In this document: one piece after another, positions 45,875 to 52,650 of the stretch
Numbering within the stretch: the first letter of the stretch is position 1
Layout of the letters: every line of letters begins with the position of its first letter
Source of the DNA: a virus
Taxonomy: Duplodnaviria > Caudoviricetes
Length of the DNA: 52,650 nucleotides
Reading direction: 5' to 3' (one strand)
Virus record (IMG/VR): IMGVR_UViG_3300046789_000054
Location: 1-52,650 of that record
Notes under the pieces: model-generated
The model's input: only the letters and a program-made list of their open reading frames with translations
Database searches by the model: none
Told to the model about the DNA's origin: nothing
Made by a program: the position numbers and the translations under genes

Positions 45875-46563
45875 GGAATCACCGCCTGGGCATCTTCGGG
45901 CTTCGGAAGACCGTACTCGCGGGCGAGAATCCAGACGTAGCCGTCGGACACGCCGTCGTTCCACATCTGCCAGATCGTCAGAGCAGTAGCGTCAGCAGCC
46001 TGCACGTCTACCCGGGCCAGTGCCCGCAGTGCTTCCACGAGAGCCGCTTCTGTGCTCATGAGTACCGACTTGCCAGCGGGGAGGTGATCCTGAGCACTCT
46101 TGATCAGATACCGAGCGATACCAGCAGCCGTAGCTTGAGCTTCTATCCGCGGGTAGAGGTCCGGTTCCATCTGGGTCGGGTCGCTCGGATCCGCCTGCGG
46201 CGGCGGCGGGAACTCGCCGTCGTGAAACGCAGCGCGGATTGCTTCCGGATGTGCCATCGCAAAAGCCGCTACCGCATCCCGGTCGGGATTGGCCCAATCA
46301 ACCGGGAGCTTGCCCAGCTCCGCAGCCACACGCTGGGCGGTCTGGAAGTCGTAACCCCCATCGAGGTATGCCGTACCGCCCAAGCTAAGGCCCAGGCCCG
46401 TAGCGGCATGGGTAACGACCCATCCACCGGTCAACCCCACTTGCCGGTCGAATCTTGGCGTTACGACCAGACCTGGGGTATCCGTCGCCGCCGCCGCGAC
46501 CCGGACCTGGTCGACCATGGTGCTGATCAGGCAAGTCGGGTAGTCGTAACTCTCGCCGCCCAT
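45871..46563 (-). CDS. Hypothetical protein
   Basis: 'WVVTHAATG' motif; coupled. Confidence 0.65.
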   Translation of the reverse strand: MGGESYDYPTCLISTMVDQVRVAAAATDTPGLVVTPRFDRQVGLTGGWVVTHAATGLGLSLGGTAYLDGGYDFQTAQRVAAELGKLPVDWANPDRDAVAAFAMAHPEAIRAAFHDGEFPPPPQADPSDPTQMEPDLYPRIEAQATAAGIARYLIKSAQDHLPAGKSVLMSTEAALVEALRALARVDVQAADATALTIWQMWNDGVSDGYVWILAREYGLPKPEDAQAVIP

Positions 46564-46733
46564 CACTTCGCCTTCCCCATACCTACGAACAGTGCCCGGA
46601 GAACAACCTCACGCACGTTCACCTGCGGCCGGCGATGCTTACCGCGCCACCGCGGAGCCACCGAAGGTGGAACGTCAGGGTGTAGCTCCTGCCCGTGCTG
46701 CGGCAGCCGCAGGGTGAAACTGGTGGGGTTCAT
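46563..46733 (-). CDS. 56-aa hypothetical protein (not in ORF track)
   Basis: MNPTSFTLRL...GMGKAK; ATGA and TGATG couplings. Confidence 0.5.
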   Translation of the reverse strand: MNPTSFTLRLPQHGQELHPDVPPSVAPRWRGKHRRPQVNVREVVLRALFVGMGKAK

Positions 46734-47116
46734 TGGGTTACCTGCCTTTCGTGATACGTCATCGTTGGGGGGTCACCGGTGTGCCCCCTGGGTGAACGCT
46801 GGCGCCATGCGGCGAGCATCGCACGGCGTTCCCGCGGGGTAGTCGCACCCCACACACCGTCGCAGTCACCAACAGTCAACGCAGTAGCTAGGCAGGGATC
46901 CTGCACCGGACAGCCGGCGCACACCGCGAGCGCGGGCCCGCAAGGCTGCTTCGGATGAGGCCAGAAAGTGTCCGGGTCCACACCTGCGCTTCGGCACGCT
47001 CCGCGCAGCGACCACGTCGGGTCATCCTGCGGTCGCGCACGGAACGCACGGCGGAACCTAGGGTCGAGGCTCGCCGCAGCGACCTCCTCAGCGCGAGGAA
47101 CACGTGCCCGGGTCAT
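46730..47116 (-). CDS. whiB: WhiB-family Fe-S transcription factor
   Basis: 'W...GAC...DPDTFW', 'CAGCPV...C', 'GVWGATT..ERR'. Confidence 0.9.
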   Translation of the reverse strand: MTRARVPRAEEVAAASLDPRFRRAFRARPQDDPTWSLRGACRSAGVDPDTFWPHPKQPCGPALAVCAGCPVQDPCLATALTVGDCDGVWGATTPRERRAMLAAWRQRSPRGHTGDPPTMTYHERQVTQ

Positions 47117-47811
47117 GCGACGGCCCTCGTAGATGCCGGGGGGAGACCGAGCTGCGTGCGGAGACGCTGCACAGACCGCAGCTCAATGTCGAGGCGTTCC
47201 GCGATCTGCCAGTCGTAGAGACGCATCATCTGGCTGCCGACCCGGACGGCTTCTCGGCGTTCAGCGACGGTCAGGCGCACCGTGCGGTCGCCGTGCAGGC
47301 GACGCTCAACCGCTACGGGGTCCACGTCGGTGTAGGTGTTCGTCCGGGAGCCGTAATTCGGCTTTGCCGCCGGGTCATTGATCGTAGCGTCATCCCATGC
47401 GATCGAGGAGTGCCAGCCCTTCGCGGCAGCCTTCCCTGCAGCAACCCGTGACGGCCCGAGCTTCCCTGCGGTCGCCTCGTAAAGTGCCCGTACTGCACCC
47501 GCCGTGCGGCGACGCACCCGCAGGCTTCTCTCCGACAGGAGGTAGGACAGATCACTCACACCTACCTGCTGGGCCTGCCACCGCAGCGGCCATCCGTCCC
47601 GGGCGAGCGCACGAAGACGGCGCCGCGTACCTGTACCGTCCACGTCACCGTGGTCACGGAGCCGATCCTCACGGAGCCGCTTGCGGTACAGACGGTGAGC
47701 CTCCCTGGCTTCCGGGCACGAACACCGGTCCCACATGTACGCACGGTGACATGAATGCCGAGGCGCCGGACATGTGCCCGGAGTTGTCACCGGGCGGGGC
47801 TCCCACCTCAT
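47113..47811 (-). CDS. DNA-binding protein (Zn motif plus C-terminal HTH)
   Basis: 'CSCPEAR' and 'DWQIAERLDIELRSVQRLR'. Confidence 0.7.
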   Translation of the reverse strand: MRWEPRPVTTPGTCPAPRHSCHRAYMWDRCSCPEAREAHRLYRKRLREDRLRDHGDVDGTGTRRRLRALARDGWPLRWQAQQVGVSDLSYLLSERSLRVRRRTAGAVRALYEATAGKLGPSRVAAGKAAAKGWHSSIAWDDATINDPAAKPNYGSRTNTYTDVDPVAVERRLHGDRTVRLTVAERREAVRVGSQMMRLYDWQIAERLDIELRSVQRLRTQLGLPPASTRAVA

Positions 47812-48356
47812 CGAGTCGCCCCGATCGGAATCGGCCAACCCGGCCGAACCGGCCACGCGACCTTCCCGAGCGCCGCAGCCTGATCCGCCGGAACGCTCCA
47901 CCCGAGGTCTTGCCCGTAGGCACACATGCCCGCCATCCTCAGCCACCACGCATCGCAGGCATTGTCGTCCGTGAACTCCACACCGGCACGCTTCAGCGCC
48001 GCGACCGCCATCGCCGTCTTATCGCAGTTACCGCGGCCGGTCCCGAACTTCTTCAGCGTCGCCGGGGCAACGAGAACGTACGGGATCTCCTCATCAAGGA
48101 GCATCGCCCTCACTGCTCCGTGGACCATGCCGGTGATGCCCGCCGAGTGGGCGTGGGTAGGCAGATCCTCGATCACGGCCAGATCTATGTACCTGCCGGC
48201 GGAAACGAGGTAGAGGTCCCCGCGGATCTCTTCGGCTATCCACCGCAGCCTGACGTCCTGGTTCGGGCCCTGGCACTTCGGCCGGTAGGTTCGGTCCCGG
48301 AATGTGGTGGAGATACCTGTTGCTGTGATCGACAGGTCCAAGCCGATGATGTTCAT
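47808..48356 (-). CDS. ruvC: RuvC-like Holliday junction resolvase
   Basis: 'IIGLDLS', 'AVIE', 'TLKKFGTG.G...K', 'DNACDA'. Confidence 0.88.
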   Translation of the reverse strand: MNIIGLDLSITATGISTTFRDRTYRPKCQGPNQDVRLRWIAEEIRGDLYLVSAGRYIDLAVIEDLPTHAHSAGITGMVHGAVRAMLLDEEIPYVLVAPATLKKFGTGRGNCDKTAMAVAALKRAGVEFTDDNACDAWWLRMAGMCAYGQDLGWSVPADQAAALGKVAWPVRPGWPIPIGATR

Positions 48357-49135
48357 CCGGTCACCTCCCGAAGCGGACGGATCGGCCACGCGCCGTCCAC
48401 GCTCTCAACGCGGCGCCGAAGCTGCTCCTCGTCCGCCGGGTTGTCCACGGACTTGATCTGCCGTCCGAGGTACTCCCGGAACGAGTCAGCTTGGACCTGC
48501 GCTTCGCGGACCTGGAACTCATGTAGGTCACTGAAACTGCGGTCACCGATCTCCGCCGGATACCGATCCGCCAGCGCCTTCACCAAGCGAAGCGCTGAGA
48601 CAGCATCTCCTACGGCTGTGTGAGCAGCACCGGACTCAACCCTGTAGTGCTCGCACGTAGCTGAGAGGGTGCGCTTCCCACGGCGGTACCTGTCTACGGA
48701 CTTGTCCAGGATGTAGGGGTCCAGCACCCGGAACCCCGCTTCCGCGCTCACCAGCCCTGGGTAGTCGCCGCTACGAATCAGCGGGGGCAAGTCATGCCGC
48801 CGCAACTCCCGGTCGAGCATCGTCAGGTCGAACGCTGCGTTGAACGCAACGATCGGAACCGAACGAGCTACAGCACCCACGAGATGCCCCGCGATCTGCG
48901 CGAGGGCTTGCCGCGGATCCATCCCGGCCTGGGCGTCTTCAGTAGTGATGCCATGGACAGCTGAAGCACCCGGTGGGATCTCTACTCCTGGATTCAGGAG
49001 CCATTCCCAGGTAGCAACCTCGGGTGATCTTGTCCAGACAACTACCGCCGCAGTCACGATCCGGTCAGTCTCGACATCAACACCGGTCGTTTCGAGGTCG
49101 AACCCGACTAGGTCTTGCCCACCCCAGGCCGTCAC
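48353..49135 (-). CDS. DnaQ-like DEDDh 3'-5' exonuclease
   Basis: 'FDLETTG', 'AFNAAFD', 'AHTAVGDA'. Confidence 0.92.
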   Translation of the reverse strand: MTAWGGQDLVGFDLETTGVDVETDRIVTAAVVVWTRSPEVATWEWLLNPGVEIPPGASAVHGITTEDAQAGMDPRQALAQIAGHLVGAVARSVPIVAFNAAFDLTMLDRELRRHDLPPLIRSGDYPGLVSAEAGFRVLDPYILDKSVDRYRRGKRTLSATCEHYRVESGAAHTAVGDAVSALRLVKALADRYPAEIGDRSFSDLHEFQVREAQVQADSFREYLGRQIKSVDNPADEEQLRRRVESVDGAWPIRPLREVTG

Positions 49136-49311
49136 TTCGGGGCCTCACGCAAGCTCTGGATGTACTGCTCGACGGCGTCGACGGGGATCCTCCGGAGCCG
49201 CTCACCGACTACCACGGTCTCCAGCACGCCGGCCTTGATCAGCCGGTCAACGGACCGCACGCTGATCCGGAGCAGGTCAGCTACTTCGTACTTCTCAAGG
49301 AGTCGCTGCAT
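49132..49311 (-). CDS. 59-aa HTH_17 (excisionase/Cro-like) protein (not in ORF track)
   Basis: MQRLLEKYEVADLLRISVRSVDRLIKAGVL...RRIPVDAVEQYI; TAGGGT -10 6 nt upstream. Confidence 0.8.
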   Translation of the reverse strand: MQRLLEKYEVADLLRISVRSVDRLIKAGVLETVVVGERLRRIPVDAVEQYIQSLREAPK

Positions 49312-49433
49312 GCCCAGACCCTAGCGTGCCGTGTCGGGTGCTGTCTAGTCGCTGGCGTGGTGTGGCTTGCGCTGGCCTAGGCCAGCGGGCTAGTCTGGTA
49401 CAGACCTGCAACACCCCGTATAGGGAGGCACCC
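49312..49433. promoter_or_regulatory. Divergent early control region
   Basis: Rightward TTGCGC(49367)-18-TAGTCT(49391); perfect palindrome GCTGGCCTAGGCCAGC 49371-49386; leftward TAGGGT. Confidence 0.7.
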
Positions 49434-49688
49434 GTGCCGGACCTCACCACCGAAGAAACCACCAACCTGACCGCCGCCGCCAACGCCATCAACGTCGAAT
49501 GGACAGCACACGACGCCCAGATATGGCCCGCAGCGACCCGCATCCACCACGCCGCCCGGGACCTACTCCTGGAGCTCGCCACCGCCGCAGAACCACTCGA
49601 ACCCGGCCTCTGCCACTGCGACCACATCCCCGGGTGGCACGGAGCCCAGCGCCTCGCCGCGGCCTACCTCGGAGGTGCCACCCCATGA
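49434..49688 (+). CDS. Hypothetical protein
   Basis: GGGAGG RBS; ends 'AQRLAAAYLG', resembling the 45408 gene end. Confidence 0.6.
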   Translation: MPDLTTEETTNLTAAANAINVEWTAHDAQIWPAATRIHHAARDLLLELATAAEPLEPGLCHCDHIPGWHGAQRLAAAYLGGATP

Positions 49689-50593
49689 GCAGACCCACCA
49701 TCTTCTGCGACCTTGTCCTTCCCGCCTCCGCACCACGAGAGGACTGGTTGAGCGCACGACTCACCGGGATCGGGAGCAGCGACGCATCCGCAGTCGTCGG
49801 CCTGAACCCGTGGCGCACACCACTCGACGTGTGGCAGGACAAGACCTTCCCGTCATCCGACCAAGCCGACAACGAGGCGATGGAGTTCGGGCGCGCGCTC
49901 GAACCCGTCGTAGCAGCCGCGTTCGCGCGGCGCACCGGCAAAATACTCCGGCGGGTCGGCCTAGTGCGGTCACGGGAATGGCCGTGGATGTTGGCGTCCT
50001 GCGACCGTAGGGTCCTCGGTGAACGGGCCGTCGTGGAGTGCAAGACCACAGGTCTGTGGTCAGCGTCCGACTGGGACCACGATGAGATCCCCGACCATGC
50101 GGTCATCCAGGTCATGCACCAGCTCGCCGTGACCGGTGACGACAAGGCGTACGTCCCCTGCCTGATCGGTGGTCAGCGGCTGGAGATCCGGGAGATCCGC
50201 CGAGATGAGGACGCGATCCGTGCGCTCGTAGAGCAAGAGCGGGTGTTCTGGGAAGACAACGTCCTCAAGGGCCAGGAGCCGGAAGCCGGAGCGTCGGACC
50301 TGGCCACTCTCAAGGAGAGGCCTAGAGGCGAGGAAGAGATGGTCTCCGTGCCCGCTGATGAGGTCCGCACCATGATTCGGCAGAGAACCGAGCTCGCGAC
50401 ACTGCGGAAGCAAGCCGAGAAGGAAGAGCGGAACATCACCGCGCGGCTCGTGCAGCTCCTCGGTGACGCCGCCGCCGCCACTGTCGGTGGCGAGCCGATC
50501 TACACCTACTATGCGTCCCCCCGCGCGGGGTACTACGTCGCACCCACCACAGTCCGCACACTGCGGATCACCAAGCATGGGAAGGCACTCTGA
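49685..50593 (+). CDS. YqaJ/lambda-exonuclease family recombination nuclease
   Basis: 'WL..R..GIGSSD', 'G..LEP', 'ASCDR', 'ECKT', 'QVMHQL'. Confidence 0.92.
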   Translation: MSRPTIFCDLVLPASAPREDWLSARLTGIGSSDASAVVGLNPWRTPLDVWQDKTFPSSDQADNEAMEFGRALEPVVAAAFARRTGKILRRVGLVRSREWPWMLASCDRRVLGERAVVECKTTGLWSASDWDHDEIPDHAVIQVMHQLAVTGDDKAYVPCLIGGQRLEIREIRRDEDAIRALVEQERVFWEDNVLKGQEPEAGASDLATLKERPRGEEEMVSVPADEVRTMIRQRTELATLRKQAEKEERNITARLVQLLGDAAAATVGGEPIYTYYASPRAGYYVAPTTVRTLRITKHGKAL

Positions 50594-51198
50594 TGGCACG
50601 AGACGCTGCGCAGCGAATCCAGCAGGCGAACCCGAACAGTGGGGCGGCGCGGCGGGCGCTCACCCTGGACTACATCGACGTCGCCGCGCGGATCGTCGCG
50701 TTCCGGGAGAAGCACCCCGAAGGGAGCTTGCAGCAGCAGTCCCTGGAGTTCCGGGAGGTCAACGGCTCCACGTGGGTGATCTACACCGCGGCGGCGTACC
50801 GCACACCCGATGACATTCGCCCGGGTATCGGCACTGCCTGGGAGCCGATCCCAGGGCGGACGTCATTCACCCGCGACAGTGAGGTGCAGAACGCCGAGAC
50901 GGCGGCGTGGGGTAGGGCGATCGTCGCGGCGATGGCCGGCGACACGAAACGCGGCGTGGCCTCCGCAGAAGAAGTCCGCCGGGGTAGCGCGAACACCGAG
51001 GCCGCTGACCTTCCTCCAGTGGACGGCCCGGAGATGGACGGCTGGTACAACGCGCTCCGGGACGCCGCCGACGCTGCCGCGGTAGAGACGATCATCGCGT
51101 CGATGACGCAGCGCCGCGCCGCGATGAGCGCCGACCAGGCCGAGTCCGCGAAGGAATGGGTCGTAGATGCCCGCGGCCGGTTCGGGGGCGGCGCATGA
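50593..51198 (+). CDS. Putative single-strand annealing protein
   Basis: Follows exonuclease; 'YIDVAARI', 'NAETAAWGRA' (Rad52/Sak-like pattern, family uncertain). Confidence 0.55.
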   Translation: MARDAAQRIQQANPNSGAARRALTLDYIDVAARIVAFREKHPEGSLQQQSLEFREVNGSTWVIYTAAAYRTPDDIRPGIGTAWEPIPGRTSFTRDSEVQNAETAAWGRAIVAAMAGDTKRGVASAEEVRRGSANTEAADLPPVDGPEMDGWYNALRDAADAAAVETIIASMTQRRAAMSADQAESAKEWVVDARGRFGGGA

Positions 51199-51578
51199 AC
51201 CCGTCTGGGTTCGCCCCCATGTCCGGGGTCCTCACTCCGAGCTTCATCGCGGAACGCCTGATCCAGTTCGGCAGTGACCTGCACGCGACGGTCGGGCAGT
51301 TGGAGTCGGCGGACCGGGATCTGCGGGAGAAGCGGGCTGCGCACAGCGAGGCGTACGCCCGGGCGTTCATCCGGGCTGAGGGGGCGATGGACGCCCGGAA
51401 ACAAATCGCGATCCTGGAGACTGCCCGTGCGGCGTTGGAAGCTGAGATCGCGGACGCAGTGGTGCAGCATCTGAGGCGGAGACTCGACGCGATCAAGGTG
51501 CAGATCGACATCGGGCGGACGCTCTCAGCGACGGTCCGCGCTGAGGTCAGCCTCGCCAAGTCAGGAGCGGAAACATGA
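51195..51578 (+). CDS. Coiled-coil hypothetical protein
   Basis: ATGA coupling; helical. Confidence 0.65.
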   Translation: MNPSGFAPMSGVLTPSFIAERLIQFGSDLHATVGQLESADRDLREKRAAHSEAYARAFIRAEGAMDARKQIAILETARAALEAEIADAVVQHLRRRLDAIKVQIDIGRTLSATVRAEVSLAKSGAET

Positions 51579-51787
51579 GCGGGCCACCGTACAACGAGAT
51601 CGCTGAGCTGCTGGAGGATCTCCCAAAGCATGTCAAGGAGCTCCGCACCTCGCGGGGCATGTCGCCCCGTGCTGTCGGCAAGGATGCTGGGGTTTCGTAC
51701 GCCACGATCTACAGGTTCGAGGGCGGGCGGACGGTCAGCGCCTACAGCTTGGTTCAGCTTCTACGTTGGCTCGGGAGGACATCATGA
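51575..51787 (+). CDS. XRE-family HTH protein
   Basis: 'LRTSRGMS...VGKDAGVSYATIYRFEGG'. Confidence 0.85.
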   Translation: MSGPPYNEIAELLEDLPKHVKELRTSRGMSPRAVGKDAGVSYATIYRFEGGRTVSAYSLVQLLRWLGRTS

Positions 51788-52056
51788 CGGACAGCGCACC
51801 GGAACGGCGTGCACTGCGGGCGGCGTGGCTGCACGGCGCAGCGGATGCGTTCGAGGAGTCTGCGGAGACGGCGGAAAAACGGTTCGGGCCGGGGTTGCGT
51901 TATGCGGCTGCGATCCTCCGCGGGGCGGTAGAGAAGCCCTACGAGTCGAGGCTTCAGGCGCCTGATCTGCGGTTCGTCGTGGAGTGGGTCGATGGTCAAC
52001 CCATCTTCACGCAGCAGGCGGGGTCTACCATCGGAACCGACCAGCGGCGGGACTGA
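51784..52056 (+). CDS. Hypothetical protein
   Basis: GGAGG RBS, ATGA coupling. Confidence 0.6.
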   Translation: MTDSAPERRALRAAWLHGAADAFEESAETAEKRFGPGLRYAAAILRGAVEKPYESRLQAPDLRFVVEWVDGQPIFTQQAGSTIGTDQRRD

Positions 52057-52116
52057 CCCCGCGCGCTGGCCGGCGAGCCTGGCTCGCCACCCCGAGAACC
52101 CCACCAAAGGAACGAG

Positions 52117-52350
52117 GTGACCCGCGTGAAGACTACCAACTCGGGGCCCGTGCCACACCACCGCACGGTAGACCTCGACTTCCCGGATGACCCCGACTTG
52201 TGCGGGTCCTGCCCGTTGTTGCGCGCCAACGCGATCCACGACATGACCGCCGCGTTGGACGCCGCAGCAGCCACACCCGACGTCACCCAACCACGCACCC
52301 TAGGAGAGACCATGTCAGATGACCGCATGACACCCGAGGCAACACGGTGA
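52117..52350 (+). CDS. Hypothetical protein
   Basis: AAGGA RBS; coupled to rep. Confidence 0.55.
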   Translation: MTRVKTTNSGPVPHHRTVDLDFPDDPDLCGSCPLLRANAIHDMTAALDAAAATPDVTQPRTLGETMSDDRMTPEATR

Positions 52351-52650
52351 GTGGGTACGCGATGGTTCCGGCTTGGCTCATCGAGCAGCGCCCGTCCGGC
52401 CACGCGGTCCACGCATACATCTGCCTCGCGCTCCGCGGGACCTTCCACCCGGGCTCCGGGACGTACGAGGAGTGCCGCCCGTCGATCGCGACGCTCGCAT
52501 CGGACATGGGTGTCGGAGAGTCCACCGCTCGGCGGGCAGCCGACGAACTCGTCCGTCTCGGCGCGGTCACCAGGACCGTCCGATACGACCCGAAAGGTGC
52601 GCAACTCCCGTCCATGTACCGGGTGGTGTTCGGGTCCGTTGAACGGCCAC
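52347..52650 (+). CDS. Replication initiator, N-terminal wHTH part (3'-truncated; not in ORF track)
   Basis: GTG 52347: VSGYAMVPAWL...ECRPSIATLASDMGVGESTARRAADELVRLGAV...QLPSMY, open to window end. Confidence 0.8.
   Translation, partial: MSGYAMVPAWLIEQRPSGHAVHAYICLALRGTFHPGSGTYEECRPSIATLASDMGVGESTARRAADELVRLGAVTRTVRYDPKGAQLPSMYRVVFGSVERP

Noticed and set aside
1251-52112. CCCCACC-AAGGA-like motif at 1251, 37783, 42416 and 52097
   Set aside because: Mostly a C/A-rich unstructured run before an SD, common in actinophages; copies are degenerate.
1-52650. tRNA, rRNA, CRISPR, integrase, transposase, DNA polymerase or reverse transcriptase genes
   Set aside because: No supporting motifs recognised by eye; tRNAscan-SE and HMM scans are needed to confirm absence.

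Overview
High-GC actinobacterial tailed-phage (siphovirus-type) genome, probably nearly complete and circularly permuted: the window starts and ends inside what look like two halves of one replication-initiator gene. It contains a replication/recombination arm (49.4 kb to end, then 1-3.4 kb), a leftward early arm (40.1-49.3 kb; DnaQ, RuvC, WhiB, several DNA methyltransferases), packaging, head, tail and lysis genes on the minus strand (10.4-40.1 kb) and two small promoter-bearing accessory cassettes. The standout is a Streptomyces-plasmid-type single-protein conjugation module at 3.4-9.0 kb: a BldC/Xis-like regulator, Spd-like membrane proteins, a TraA-like protein, a TraB FtsK-like translocase, a clt-like GTCTCA repeat array and a YdjM-like hydrolase. 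GGACC/GGTCC motifs embedded in the flanking coding sequence switch polarity across the array. No integrase or parAB was recognised, so a conjugative phage-plasmid is the working hypothesis. All family calls come from motif recognition by eye, not database searches; motif counts are manual.
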